Source: Candidatus Latescibacterota bacterium (GTDB lineage Bacteria; Latescibacterota; UBA2968; SICM01). Taken from it: a stretch of DNA of 64,000 nt. The number at the start of each line of letters is the position of its first letter. The stretch's first letter is position 1. The translations under genes and the position numbers were made by a program. The notes beneath the pieces were generated by a model. It did not search any database and was not told where the DNA came from. It saw only the letters and a list, made by a program, of their open reading frames with translations. This document shows positions 12,251 to 22,244 of the stretch, piece after piece. The stretch spans positions 4,928,001-4,992,000 of the forward strand of contig CBDCJO010000002.1 of the NCBI GenBank assembly GCA_965217865.1, given 5' to 3'.

Positions 12251-13150
12251 CTAAAAATGAGTGATCCTTTTCAGCTCCTGGTACCGATCCTTGATCTCTT
12301 CCTGGTTGAGATTGTCCAGGCGTTCCACGCTGAATTTTTCCACGTTATACGACGCGATGACGGTACCATAGATCACGGCCTGCCGCAGGGTCTCGTCCGA
12401 GAGGACCCCTTCCCTGGCGATGTGTCCCACGAAACCCCCGGCGAAGGAATCTCCAGCCCCTGTCGGATCGAATACAGATTCGGTCGGGAAGGCGGGTGCG
12501 GCGAAAAACAGATCTTTTGAGATGAGAATCGCCCCGTGCTCCCCTTTTTTGACCACGACGATCTTCGGGCCCATGGTCAAAACCCGACGAGCGGCCTTGA
12601 TCAGGTCCGCTTCCCCGGCGAGTTGGCGGGTTTCAGAATCGTTCAGGATGAGGACATCGACGGATTGAAGGGTCTTGAGCAAGGCCTCACCTTTTCCTTC
12701 GATCCAGAAGTTCATGGTATCGCATACCACGACCCTTGGGTTTTCCACCTGTTGGAGGATGTCCAGTTGGAGCTCGGGGTCGATGTTGGCGAGAAAGACA
12801 TGTTCCGTTTTCCGATAGTTGTCGGGAATGGATGGTTTGAACGATTCAAACACATTCAGCTGCGTGTCGAGGGTCTCCCGTGTGTTGAGGTCGTATCCAT
12901 ATTCCCCTGACCATCGGAAGGTCTTTCCCGGTTCAACTGAAAGGCCGTTCAAGTCGACCCCACGATCTTCCAGAAATTTGAGGCTTTCCCTCGGGAAGTC
13001 CTCTCCAACCACCCCCACCACGTTGACGGGCACGAAGAAACTCGCACCTGCGGAGAAATAAACAGCGGAACCGCCCACGGCATCTTCGACCTTGCCGAAA
13101 GGTGTCACCACCGTATCCAGAGCGACTGAACCCACGACGAGTACGCTCAA
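12251..13150 (-). CDS. PfkB-family carbohydrate/nucleoside kinase
   Basis: VVGSVALD, GGSA, DPTGAGDSFAGG. Confidence 0.93.
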   Translation of the reverse strand: MSVLVVGSVALDTVVTPFGKVEDAVGGSAVYFSAGASFFVPVNVVGVVGEDFPRESLKFLEDRGVDLNGLSVEPGKTFRWSGEYGYDLNTRETLDTQLNVFESFKPSIPDNYRKTEHVFLANIDPELQLDILQQVENPRVVVCDTMNFWIEGKGEALLKTLQSVDVLILNDSETRQLAGEADLIKAARRVLTMGPKIVVVKKGEHGAILISKDLFFAAPAFPTESVFDPTGAGDSFAGGFVGHIAREGVLSDETLRQAVIYGTVIASYNVEKFSVERLDNLNQEEIKDRYQELKRITHF

Positions 13151-13593
13151 ATGACCTCCGCAACGCTCGACGTTTGATCTCTGTCGACCTCATCCTCACC
13201 GGTTCTGTCGGCCTCCTCCTCATCGGCAATGATTTCCATCTTCGCATCCCCCCATAGCCTTTCCAACCGGTAGAACTCCCGAACGGATGTCTGGAAGATG
13301 TGTGTTACCACATCAACGGAATCCACAAGCACCCATTTTCGTGACTCGTATCCTTCGACGTGCCATGGACGGTGGGATTCTTTTTCAAGCGCTTCAATCA
13401 GGTTTTCGGCGAGGGCTTTGACGTGGGTGTCTGAGTTGCCCGTGCAGATGATAAAGTAATCGGCGACATCGGTTAATCCGCGGAGATCCAGGACGATGAT
13501 GTCCTCTCCCTTCGTTGATTTCAAGGCTTCCAGGCTGAGATCTACAACGGAACGGGGGTCCGGCTTGGGGCTACTCAAACGCAATCCCTTCAA
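13147..13593 (-). CDS. rsfS: Ribosome silencing factor
   Basis: KGEDIIVLDL, DYFIICTG, WVLVD, REFYRLERLW. Confidence 0.93.
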   Translation of the reverse strand: MKGLRLSSPKPDPRSVVDLSLEALKSTKGEDIIVLDLRGLTDVADYFIICTGNSDTHVKALAENLIEALEKESHRPWHVEGYESRKWVLVDSVDVVTHIFQTSVREFYRLERLWGDAKMEIIADEEEADRTGEDEVDRDQTSSVAEVI

Positions 13594-13715
13594 GGAAGTA
13601 GAACAGCAAACAAAAGATCATCGATACCCTTGGGTTCTGTCGGAGTCACTATCGAGCTGGGCCGCATCCTCAGGACCGAAGAAAGAAGTGCAGGGTATAG
13701 ATTGACGAACAATAC

Positions 13716-13757
13716 AAAAAAAGGATGCTCACCGGCCACGGACCCGTGAGCATCCTT
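13716..13757 (-). terminator. Rho-independent terminator
   Basis: GGATGCTCAC...GTGAGCATCC stem with A7 on + strand. Confidence 0.7.
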
Positions 13758-13796
13758 ATGTGATCTTAAGTTAACTCGACGATCAAGATACCCCCA

Positions 13797-14270
13797 TCAC
13801 TCGTTGAATGGGTTGTAGAAACGGCCATAACGTCTGTGATAGCCGTAAGTTGGGCCTTGGGACATATGGAACTCGATGCGCAGGTTAGGGTTTGGGGTGT
13901 AGAGAAAACCGAGGTTCGGGACGACGAATTGTGCGCCGGGACCCGATGATCCGAATGCGTTCCTCCCGCCCAAAACCCGCTGTACGCCCACCTGCGCGTA
14001 GGCCGTGAGATTCGGCGAAAACTGGTAAGTCATTGTGTTCAGATAATACTGGCTGTTCCCGGCCGGAGAATTGAAGCTCATTCCCAGGCTGTGGGACATC
14101 GATAACCGGGTGGGGTCAAAAAGACCCCGAATGGCGCCCTGTGCGTTCTTGAAGTCTATTCCCTGTGGAGAATCATCCGAAGGTTTGATTCCTTCGATCG
14201 AATCGGTACCTGCCCAGACGGTTGCAGTCCCAACCAGGACGCACAGGGAAATTGCAGCGAGCATTTTCAT
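13797..14270 (-). CDS. Secreted hypothetical protein (beta-rich)
   Basis: Signal peptide MKMLAAISLCVLVGTATVWA; GGGAGG RBS. Confidence 0.65.
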   Translation of the reverse strand: MKMLAAISLCVLVGTATVWAGTDSIEGIKPSDDSPQGIDFKNAQGAIRGLFDPTRLSMSHSLGMSFNSPAGNSQYYLNTMTYQFSPNLTAYAQVGVQRVLGGRNAFGSSGPGAQFVVPNLGFLYTPNPNLRIEFHMSQGPTYGYHRRYGRFYNPFNE

Positions 14271-14466
14271 CACAAACAGCCTCCTCCCGGCAAGATCGTA
14301 ATTAAATATACACACTTTTTCGAGATAAAGTCAACGGTTTTTTGGAAAATTCATTTGCCTGACGCTCGTTGTTTTATTACACTTGTGAGTGGATAAAGTT
14401 CCGCTTTTTTGGAACGGATTTGGAGATGGCGCCGGGGAAGAACGTTTTAAGTGGTGGCGGTGTGCC

Positions 14467-15129
14467 GTGAAAAAACTCTTCTGCATAGTCTTTCTGGCCC
14501 TGGCCGCCTCGGCGGCCGGTGCTCAGGTCATCGGGGATCCTTCAAGTGAAGGGGAATTCGGCGGGGTATCGTTGAACCCCGTTCGGTCAGGTAAGTTTGA
14601 GTTGACACCCATTCTCTCCACGCGGTACAACAATGGGAGGGTGGCTGTTAACGTCGGTGCCTCGTTCGGATATCTGTTTACGCCCTCACATCAGATAGGA
14701 GGTACGCTCGTCTTCGGGAATACTCTCCGGGAAAGCCAGGCAATACGGGTTCGGAATTCGGCCGTCCGCAGTCAAATCGAAGAAGCGGTAAGCCCCACGA
14801 CCGGACAGGTTCTGTCCAATGTCAGCGCCCCCTTGGGGATCGGTCTTCCTTCTGAACTCGGGTGGGGGGCTTCGATGACTGGATTTTATCGATATAACAT
14901 CCCGTATGAACGTCGAAAAGTCAGTCCTTTCCTCTCGGTTTTCGGAGGGAGGGATTTCCACAACGGTTATAATTACAGTGAATTAGGCGGATCAATCGGC
15001 GCCCGGAAGGCCGTGTCACGCCGAGCAACTCTTACGATGCAATACGGTTATTCTTTTTTGTTTCTAGACGGCGGACACGAGCCGCGGAACATCGTTTCGA
15101 TCGGGGTGTCTACTTTCTTCGGGGGTTGA
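14467..15129 (+). CDS. Putative outer-membrane beta-barrel protein
   Basis: Signal peptide, amphipathic beta strands, C-terminal VSIGVSTFF. Confidence 0.6.
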   Translation: MKKLFCIVFLALAASAAGAQVIGDPSSEGEFGGVSLNPVRSGKFELTPILSTRYNNGRVAVNVGASFGYLFTPSHQIGGTLVFGNTLRESQAIRVRNSAVRSQIEEAVSPTTGQVLSNVSAPLGIGLPSELGWGASMTGFYRYNIPYERRKVSPFLSVFGGRDFHNGYNYSELGGSIGARKAVSRRATLTMQYGYSFLFLDGGHEPRNIVSIGVSTFFGG

Positions 15130-15202
15130 TCGGTCAGTTGATGTTGAATTGTGACCAGGGAGGATGCTGAGGAAGCCCGGACACACAACAACCCAAACGT
15201 TC

Positions 15203-15243
15203 AAAAAGGTGACGAGCGGAAGGTGCCTCGTCACCCTTTTTTT
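15203..15243. terminator. Bidirectional terminator
   Basis: A5-GGTGACGAG...CTCGTCACC-T7 between convergent genes. Confidence 0.75.
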
Positions 15244-15352
15244 ATCCGGTTACTTTTATCCTGCAATTCTTGGTCTTCTGAGTTAAGCCGTCGGCAAGGA
15301 TCCAGCGATCTGGATGGCCAAACTTAGGTATCCGATTGTCTTGAGGTGGTTC

Positions 15353-16261
15353 TCATGGCTCGGTACCCAGCTTTTTTACGGGATTGGACAGCAATCCGAT
15401 CCCTTCGATTTCAATATCCACGCGATCACCGTCTTCGAGTGAGAATTCATTTGGTGGCATGATCCCGGTACCGGTGGAGACTGCTGTACCGACAGGTACG
15501 GGATTATCGCGTGTCAGATATTCGACTAGTTGATCGAATGGCCGGTTGATCTGCGATGAGTTGGTCTTCCCTTCATAGGCCACTTTTCCACCTTTAATGA
15601 TCCGGCACGAGATCTCCAGTCCTAGAGGATCGGGGATTCCCGGAATCGTAACCAAGGTGGGACCGAGGGCGCAGCACCCGAGGAAGGCCTTGGATTGGGG
15701 GAGATAGAGTGGATTATCACGCTCGATATCCCACGCAGACACGTCATTACAGACGGTGTAGGCCACGATCTCACGGTCTTTACCCAGGATAAAGGCCAGT
15801 TCCGGTTCGACAGCTGTGAGATCGGAATCCCGTCGGATGCAGATCGCACCGTTGGGGCCAACACACCGGGATGGCGTGGCCTTGAAGAACACCTCGGGCC
15901 GTTCCCCGAAATAGACCCGCGTGTAGATGTCCGACGCCGAATCGGTGTCACGCTCGAGGGCGCTCCGCTTGTAGGTAACCCCGAAACCCCAGACTTCGGG
16001 GGGATAAATCGGCATGTCGAGGTGGGGCCGCTCCGGGTCGGGCAGGACATTGAGGTCCGCGTATGGATGTACTTGAGACACCCCGGGCCGTACCCTCTCC
16101 ACCACCGCGTCCATCGATTCCCCTTGAGAGATGCTCCGGTTCAGGATGTCCAGAGTCGTCCCGAGGCCCTTATCCGCAGCGGTGAGATCCAGGATCTGCT
16201 CATCCTCCAGGATACCCACCCGTGTGCCCTTGTCCGGGATGTAAAACTGTAAGAGTTTCAT
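15353..16261 (-). CDS. Fumarylacetoacetate-hydrolase family protein (2-keto-3-deoxypentonate dehydratase-like)
   Basis: EVWGFGVTY, RPEVFFK, EPEL, NDVSAWDIERDNPLYLPQSK, TGTGI. Confidence 0.88.
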   Translation of the reverse strand: MKLLQFYIPDKGTRVGILEDEQILDLTAADKGLGTTLDILNRSISQGESMDAVVERVRPGVSQVHPYADLNVLPDPERPHLDMPIYPPEVWGFGVTYKRSALERDTDSASDIYTRVYFGERPEVFFKATPSRCVGPNGAICIRRDSDLTAVEPELAFILGKDREIVAYTVCNDVSAWDIERDNPLYLPQSKAFLGCCALGPTLVTIPGIPDPLGLEISCRIIKGGKVAYEGKTNSSQINRPFDQLVEYLTRDNPVPVGTAVSTGTGIMPPNEFSLEDGDRVDIEIEGIGLLSNPVKKLGTEP

Positions 16262-16518
16262 CTCGATATCTCCCCTCGAAGACCTGCCCGTTTCACTTCC
16301 GGGTAAAACCCGCGCGAATCACGAAATTAATATAACCGGTTGATAACACAAAGGTTATAATAACCCATTGACCTTCTCGAAGCCGAAAGTTCAACCCTTC
16401 CTAAAACAGGGCACCCCGAAAGGAACCCGAATTGACGAGGCGGATGCTCAAAAAACAGGATAGTGTACTGCGGTTTTGTTGTCAACCTTTTAATAGGGCC
16501 ATGACGTGTGAATAACGC

Positions 16519-16547
16519 TTGACAAAAGGGTTGCGTAGGCTTATCAT
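16519..16547 (+). promoter_or_regulatory. Putative sigma70 promoter of mtnA operon
   Basis: TTGACA-17bp-TATCAT. Confidence 0.6.
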
Positions 16548-16603
16548 TGACGCCATGTGAGGATTTTTCAGAGATCTATTTTAACCTTTCAACCGGGATA
16601 CCG

Positions 16604-17641
16604 ATGCCCGTAAAAACGATCGAATGGATTGATCCCGCGCTTCGGATCATCGATCAGACGAAGCTCCCTGTGGAGCTTGTTTATAAAGACTGCCTGAATG
16701 TTGAAACGGTCGCAGAGGCGATTGAAAGCCTGAGGGTCCGGGGGGCCCCCGCAATAGGCGTGGCGGCGGCCTATGGTGTCGTGGTTGGAGCGGATGAGGC
16801 GTTGAAAAAGGGAGGGGACATCAAGGCGCACATCGTGGAGAGCATCGGTCGGCTTTCCCGGACGAGGCCCACTGCGGTAAACCTGTTCTGGGCCCTGGAC
16901 CGGATGCAGAAGAGACTCGATCGCACTACCGGCCGGGATGGCGGAGCCTTTAGAAGGGAGCTTCTGGAAGAAGCAAACGCGATTTTCGAGGAGGATCGTT
17001 CTGTCTGCCGCCGGATCGGTCGGAACGGTATGGACCTGCTGCATCACGGAGCGAAGGTGGTCACCCACTGTAACGCGGGGGGGCTTGCCACCGCGGACTA
17101 TGGGACGGCTCTTGCGGTGATCTACGCCGCCGAAGAGGCGGACAAACGGATCGCGGTTTTTGCCGACGAAACACGACCTTTGCTTCAAGGATCCCGATTG
17201 ACCGCTTGGGAGCTAAACCAAAGCGGAATCGACGTGACCGTAATCTGTGACAATATGGCAGGGGCGATCATGCAGCGGAAGGGGATCGACTGCGTGATCG
17301 TCGGGGCCGATCGGATCGCAGCGAACGGGGATGTGGCCAACAAGATCGGGACATACGGTCTTGCCGTTCTGTCAAAGGCTCACGGCGTCCCTTTTTACGT
17401 GGCCGCCCCACTATCGACGATCGATATAAACACGCCCAACGGAGACAAGATTCCCATAGAGGAACGTCATGAGAACGAAGTCACTGAGGGGTTTGGTCGC
17501 AGGACCGCCCCTGAGGGGGTGAAGGTCTTCAATCCGGCCTTCGATGTGACCCCGCATACCCTTGTGACTGCAATAATCACAGAGCGGGGGATTGCAAAGC
17601 CGCCGTTTGCGCCTAAATTTCGCGATTGGTGCGAGGAATGA
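16604..17641 (+). CDS. mtnA: Methylthioribose-1-phosphate isomerase
   Basis: VRGAPAIG, RPTAVNL, THCNAGGLAT, DETRPLLQGSRLT, ANKIGTY. Confidence 0.96.
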   Translation: MPVKTIEWIDPALRIIDQTKLPVELVYKDCLNVETVAEAIESLRVRGAPAIGVAAAYGVVVGADEALKKGGDIKAHIVESIGRLSRTRPTAVNLFWALDRMQKRLDRTTGRDGGAFRRELLEEANAIFEEDRSVCRRIGRNGMDLLHHGAKVVTHCNAGGLATADYGTALAVIYAAEEADKRIAVFADETRPLLQGSRLTAWELNQSGIDVTVICDNMAGAIMQRKGIDCVIVGADRIAANGDVANKIGTYGLAVLSKAHGVPFYVAAPLSTIDINTPNGDKIPIEERHENEVTEGFGRRTAPEGVKVFNPAFDVTPHTLVTAIITERGIAKPPFAPKFRDWCEE

Positions 17642-18533
17642 TCTTTCCGTGATCCGATATCCCTTTCTGGTTTTCGTCACCCTTTTTGTTTCTGCCCCCC
17701 TTCTGACGAAGTGTGCTTCGACTCGTGTAGGACTCCCTCCGGGGACCCCGGTCATCGGGGAGGAGTTCGATCCCCAGACTCTTGACGACGACGATTTTTT
17801 GATCCAACCTCCGGATGGAATGAATGAAATTCTGGAACCTTTACCGGAAAAAGAAACCGAGGAATATTCTGAAAATTCGGAGGAAAATCTCAAGCCAACC
17901 GATCAAGCGGAAGTCTCCAATGCTCCGGCTTTTAAACGGGTTTATCGGATACACGTGGCGGCCGTTATGACGATGGCACGTGCTGAACAGATGAAGAAAA
18001 AGGCTGAACGGACCTTCCACCTCCCGGCATACATTCGACATATTCCCCCTCACTATAAGGTGCGAGTTGGAGATTTTCCGACCAAGCGGGAAGCAAAGAG
18101 ATCCATGGCTGAGATGGAGGCCAAGGGCTATCAGGGGGCGTTCATGGTTTCTGCATGGGCGGCCCAACGTCCTTCAACGGTTTCCCGCCCGGATTCATCC
18201 GAACCCATGGACCCTGTGAATGCGAGGGGGGCGGAGGATGAGGGCCAGGGTGAACACACGGAATCCGCTCAGGGATATCGGGTTCAGATATTTTCAACTT
18301 CGGATCGGCAAAAGTCCCGGAGGGTTTATGAGACTGCTCGAAACCGGTTAAACCGTGAGGATATATACCTCCGGTTTGAGCCGCCCTTTTTCCGGATTCG
18401 CGTGGGGAACTGTCAAACCCTTGACGAAGCAGAAGAACTCGTGCGTATACTGGAAAAGGCAGGCTTCGAGGCGCTCTTTCCCGTGAGGACTCAGATCCTT
18501 GTACCTTCAGGGTCCCCTTCACAACCGGAATGA
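17592..18533 (+). CDS. Tandem SPOR-domain (lipo)protein; true start probably GTG near 17649
   Basis: Two SPOR repeats (YKVRVGDF; GYRVQIFS...FRIRVGN); possible lipobox. Confidence 0.8.
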   Translation: MQSRRLRLNFAIGARNDLSVIRYPFLVFVTLFVSAPLLTKCASTRVGLPPGTPVIGEEFDPQTLDDDDFLIQPPDGMNEILEPLPEKETEEYSENSEENLKPTDQAEVSNAPAFKRVYRIHVAAVMTMARAEQMKKKAERTFHLPAYIRHIPPHYKVRVGDFPTKREAKRSMAEMEAKGYQGAFMVSAWAAQRPSTVSRPDSSEPMDPVNARGAEDEGQGEHTESAQGYRVQIFSTSDRQKSRRVYETARNRLNREDIYLRFEPPFFRIRVGNCQTLDEAEELVRILEKAGFEALFPVRTQILVPSGSPSQPE

Positions 18534-18538
18534 TTTAG

Positions 18539-19054
18539 ATGATCCGTATACTGAGGAACCTCCTTCTCATTGCCCTTGCCCTGTTCGTCCAGTCTTCTCT
18601 TGCATCCGAGATGTCGGTGTTTGGAGTCACACCGGATCTTGTCCTCCTGGTCCTGGTGTATATCGGGATCTCGTACGGACAGATGGAAGGGGCGATATTC
18701 GGTTTTCTTGCGGGATTCCTACAGGATACCTATACCCCAGACCACATGGGCCTGAATGCGCTTGCCAAATCTATTGTGGGATTCGTCGTGGGGTATGGGA
18801 GGGGAGGGGTCGTGGCCGACAGCTTTGTGGTGCAGAGCAGCATCGTCTTTGGCGCGGTCTTGATGCACGACCTGGTCTATTTTATCTGTTATTCTGGCAA
18901 CGACCTGCCTGGAATTCTCTTCAATGTCCTTCGCTACGGTGTGGGAGCGGCTTTATACACGGCTGCCCTGAGCATCGTTTTCTCGGTTTTGGTCTCATTC
19001 ATCCGGTCATATGGGGGCGCTTATCTCAATGTTGAACGGCTATTCTCAGAATAA
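18539..19054 (+). CDS. mreD: Rod shape-determining protein MreD
   Basis: PDLVLLVLV, GFLAGFLQD, GLNAL; lies upstream of mrdA. Confidence 0.9.
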   Translation: MIRILRNLLLIALALFVQSSLASEMSVFGVTPDLVLLVLVYIGISYGQMEGAIFGFLAGFLQDTYTPDHMGLNALAKSIVGFVVGYGRGGVVADSFVVQSSIVFGAVLMHDLVYFICYSGNDLPGILFNVLRYGVGAALYTAALSIVFSVLVSFIRSYGGAYLNVERLFSE

Positions 19055-20855
19055 CGGCGAGGGCAAGGAGCTAAGGGAACAGCACCTGCTGGGAGGCGTC
19101 TGTGTCCTGTTTGCGATCCTTGTCGTCCGGCTGTTTCTGATCCAAGTGGCCGACTCGGAGAGATACGATCAGCTGTCGGAACAGATCACCGATCAACCTG
19201 TCCCTCTGGAGGCCGCTCGGGGGTTGATTCGGGACCGGAACGGGGAAGTCCTGGTCGACAACCGCCCCTCCTACACCGTCTCCGTCGTCCCCCCACGCAT
19301 TGTACGGAACAATAAGCTCGACGAGGAAGTCATTGATCGACTCTGTTCCCTGGCAGGACTGGATCGCCAGGAGGTGCTGAAGAGCCTCCGATCCAAAAGC
19401 CGATATTACTACGAACCTGTGAAGTTGAAGCGAGACGTGGGATTCAAGACGGTGGCCAGGCTGGAGGAGGATCGATATGACTTGCCGGGTGTTGAGATAC
19501 AGGTGGAGTCTCGCCGGAGATATCCCCTGTTGGACGGCGAGATTCCTCTGGCATCGCACGTGCTCGGAAACACCAACATGATCGATCCCGACGAATATGC
19601 CCGTTTGTCCCCAAAGGGGTATTCCTACGGAGACTATATCGGAAAACGAGGGGTTGAAAAACTATGTGAGGGAGATCTTCGGGGAAAAAACGGATCTAAA
19701 TACGTTAGAGTGAATGCTGTCGGACGCGAGTTAGGTCTTATTTCAGAAAAGACCTGCCTTCCAACTCCCGGACAGGATGTTTACCTGACATTAGACAGGC
19801 GGATCCAGCAGGCCGCAGAGAAAGCGTTTCCCGATAGTATGGTCGGGAGTCTGGTAGCCATTGACCCCCGAAACGGGGAGGTTCTCGCCATCGTAAATCG
19901 CCCCCGGTTCAATACCAACACCCTTTCGGCTACGTGGAGCAAACTGGAAGCCCATCCCAAAGACCCCTTGATCAACCGGGCTTTGGTGGGTCTCTACCCA
20001 CCTGGCTCTACGATCAAGATGGTTTCTGCCCTCGCAGCTCTGGAATTGGGGGTTTCCGATCCTGAGGATACCTACGTGGTTTGCGATGGCGGGGTCCAGG
20101 TCGGCGACCGCTATTTTAAGTGCATGCACCACCACGGAAAATTGAATCTTACCCAAGCCATTGCACAATCCTGCAATGTTTATTTCGGCAAGTTGGGTCT
20201 GGAGATCGGGATCGATGAATGGCATCGGTACGGTCGAATGCTGGGTCTTGGAGAGAAGACGGGGATCGATCTTGCCAAAGGTGGGGACGGGGAGAAGGCG
20301 GGTCTGTATCCCGACAGATCCTACTACGGTGGGTCGGTGCTGGGAGGCGTCATGTTTAACCTTGCCATCGGGCAGGGGGAGGTAACCCTGACACCCCTTC
20401 AGATGGCTCGATACATCTCTGCGATTGCCACCGGCACACTGATTACGCCTCAGGTTATCAAAAACGGCACTCATTTCCCCACGAAACCGTTGAAGCACAT
20501 CTCCGAGAGAAACCTCGGGATTGTTCGATCGTCGCTTCTGGAGGTCGTTCTGGGAGAGCGGGGTACAGGGAAGAGGGCACGGGTGGGGAACTTCAAGATC
20601 GCGGGAAAGACCGGTACCGCACAAAACTCTCATGGTGCCGACCACGCGTGGTTCCTGGCCTTTGCGCCTTTTGATCGGCCTTCGATCGCTTTGGCTTTGA
20701 TCGTTGAAAACGCCCCTGGAACAGGGGGTGGCGTCGCGGCCCCGATTGCCCAGAAGGTCCTTCGGACCTATCTTGAGATTACCGAATCCTCCGGTGAATT
20801 GACCCCCCGAATGACGGCCCAAACAATAGAAACAGATGGTCCTGAGGTCCAGTAA
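19029..20855 (+). CDS. mrdA: Penicillin-binding protein 2
   Basis: ARGLIRDRNG, PGSTIK (SxxK), SCN, KTGTAQ. Confidence 0.95.
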   Translation: MLNGYSQNNGEGKELREQHLLGGVCVLFAILVVRLFLIQVADSERYDQLSEQITDQPVPLEAARGLIRDRNGEVLVDNRPSYTVSVVPPRIVRNNKLDEEVIDRLCSLAGLDRQEVLKSLRSKSRYYYEPVKLKRDVGFKTVARLEEDRYDLPGVEIQVESRRRYPLLDGEIPLASHVLGNTNMIDPDEYARLSPKGYSYGDYIGKRGVEKLCEGDLRGKNGSKYVRVNAVGRELGLISEKTCLPTPGQDVYLTLDRRIQQAAEKAFPDSMVGSLVAIDPRNGEVLAIVNRPRFNTNTLSATWSKLEAHPKDPLINRALVGLYPPGSTIKMVSALAALELGVSDPEDTYVVCDGGVQVGDRYFKCMHHHGKLNLTQAIAQSCNVYFGKLGLEIGIDEWHRYGRMLGLGEKTGIDLAKGGDGEKAGLYPDRSYYGGSVLGGVMFNLAIGQGEVTLTPLQMARYISAIATGTLITPQVIKNGTHFPTKPLKHISERNLGIVRSSLLEVVLGERGTGKRARVGNFKIAGKTGTAQNSHGADHAWFLAFAPFDRPSIALALIVENAPGTGGGVAAPIAQKVLRTYLEITESSGELTPRMTAQTIETDGPEVQ

Positions 20856-20857
20856 AC

Positions 20858-22072
20858 ATGAACCTGACCCGCTACCAGAGGAACCTTGATATCTCGTTGA
20901 TGTCTGCCGTTATGGGGACTGCGATATTCGGGGTTTTTACGATTTACAGCGCCACCCACGGACCCGAAGCAGGCTCTTCGAACAACCTATATTTTCACCA
21001 GATCATCTGGATGCTGTTTGCCCTTGGGGCACTTGCGACCGTGATGCTTATTCCCCTCCGAGCTTTCCACACGGCCGCTTATTTAATCTACGGAGGAGCC
21101 GTCCTCTTTTTGTTGATTGGCCTGGAGGTGGGGTTCGGTCGGTGGGTGCGATGGGGAATCCTGGGTTTTCAACCGTCGGAGTTTGCCAAGATTGCAATGG
21201 TATTGGGGCTTGCGCGATATCTCTCAACCCGGGGTGTAAATCTCGAACGTCCCTTTTATCTTGTCATTCCTATATTGATGGTTCTGCTGCCGATGGGGCT
21301 GATTGCCAAGCAACCCGATCTGGGTACTTCTCTGGTCTACGGTGCCGTGCTGTTTCCGATGCTTTACTGGGCTGGCCTCAAACCTTTACACCTGTTTTTT
21401 CTCCTCTCTCCGTTTTTGACGATTCTCTGTGCTTTTCACAAGGTATCCCTCGGGGCGGTTATCGTCCTTCTGGGCGTCGTCGTTTATTTAACCCGGCCGG
21501 GTCTGGTTGCCACGGTTTTTATCGGATTGGCGAATCTGGGCGTTGCCCTCATCGCGCCCTTTCTATGGTATCAAAACCTCCACGAATATCAACGGAAGAG
21601 GATACTCAGTTTTCTAAATCCCGAAGGTGATATTCAGGGATCGGGCTACCAGCTCCTGCAGTCGAAGGTGGCAATCGGGTCAGGCGGGGTGGCTGGAAAG
21701 GGTTTTATGGAGGGCACTCAGACGAAACTCGCATTCCTGCCTGCACAGCACACGGACTTTGTGTTTGCCGTCATCGGGGAAGAACTGGGATTCCTTGGGG
21801 CGATTGGGGTCCTGGGGCTCTTCTTTTTTATCATCTGGCGTTCCATTCGGATCGCCGCTCTGGCAAGAGGGAAATTTTCGGGCCTGGTGGGCATCGGCAT
21901 GGTATCGATTCTCGTCTATCACGTATTCGTAAATATCGGAATGACAATCGGTGTGATGCCGATCACGGGGGTTCCGCTTCCCTTCTTGAGCTACGGGGGA
22001 TCCTCTCTGATGGTGAATATGATGCTTATCGGTTTTCTTCTCAACATCAACGCTCATCGACACGAATATTGA
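20858..22072 (+). CDS. rodA: SEDS protein RodA
   Basis: QPSEFAK, QPDLGT, HTDFVF, PFLSYGGSS. Confidence 0.95.
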   Translation: MNLTRYQRNLDISLMSAVMGTAIFGVFTIYSATHGPEAGSSNNLYFHQIIWMLFALGALATVMLIPLRAFHTAAYLIYGGAVLFLLIGLEVGFGRWVRWGILGFQPSEFAKIAMVLGLARYLSTRGVNLERPFYLVIPILMVLLPMGLIAKQPDLGTSLVYGAVLFPMLYWAGLKPLHLFFLLSPFLTILCAFHKVSLGAVIVLLGVVVYLTRPGLVATVFIGLANLGVALIAPFLWYQNLHEYQRKRILSFLNPEGDIQGSGYQLLQSKVAIGSGGVAGKGFMEGTQTKLAFLPAQHTDFVFAVIGEELGFLGAIGVLGLFFFIIWRSIRIAALARGKFSGLVGIGMVSILVYHVFVNIGMTIGVMPITGVPLPFLSYGGSSLMVNMMLIGFLLNINAHRHEY

Positions 22073-22244
22073 CCCGGTACCCTGGGTGACTGGGATTAAC
22101 CCCCCACAGGGTTGATCGGCCCACCTGTTGAAGGGATCCGGTTCCAAATTGCGTTCTTCCTCACCGACCCCCCCCGTTATTTCTGCCTTCTAAATGAAAA
22201 GGAAGTCGTTTAGAAGGCCGTCTGTTATCCGAGCTTCAGGTTTC

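Noticed and set aside
11390-12520. 376-aa + strand ORF
   Set aside because: Antisense shadow of sucD/pfkB with no recognisable motifs
16270-16500. Riboswitch or ncRNA between the FAH gene and mtnA
   Set aside because: No recognisable aptamer consensus; consistent with a divergent promoter region
19791-20822. 343-aa - strand ORF
   Set aside because: Antisense shadow of mrdA
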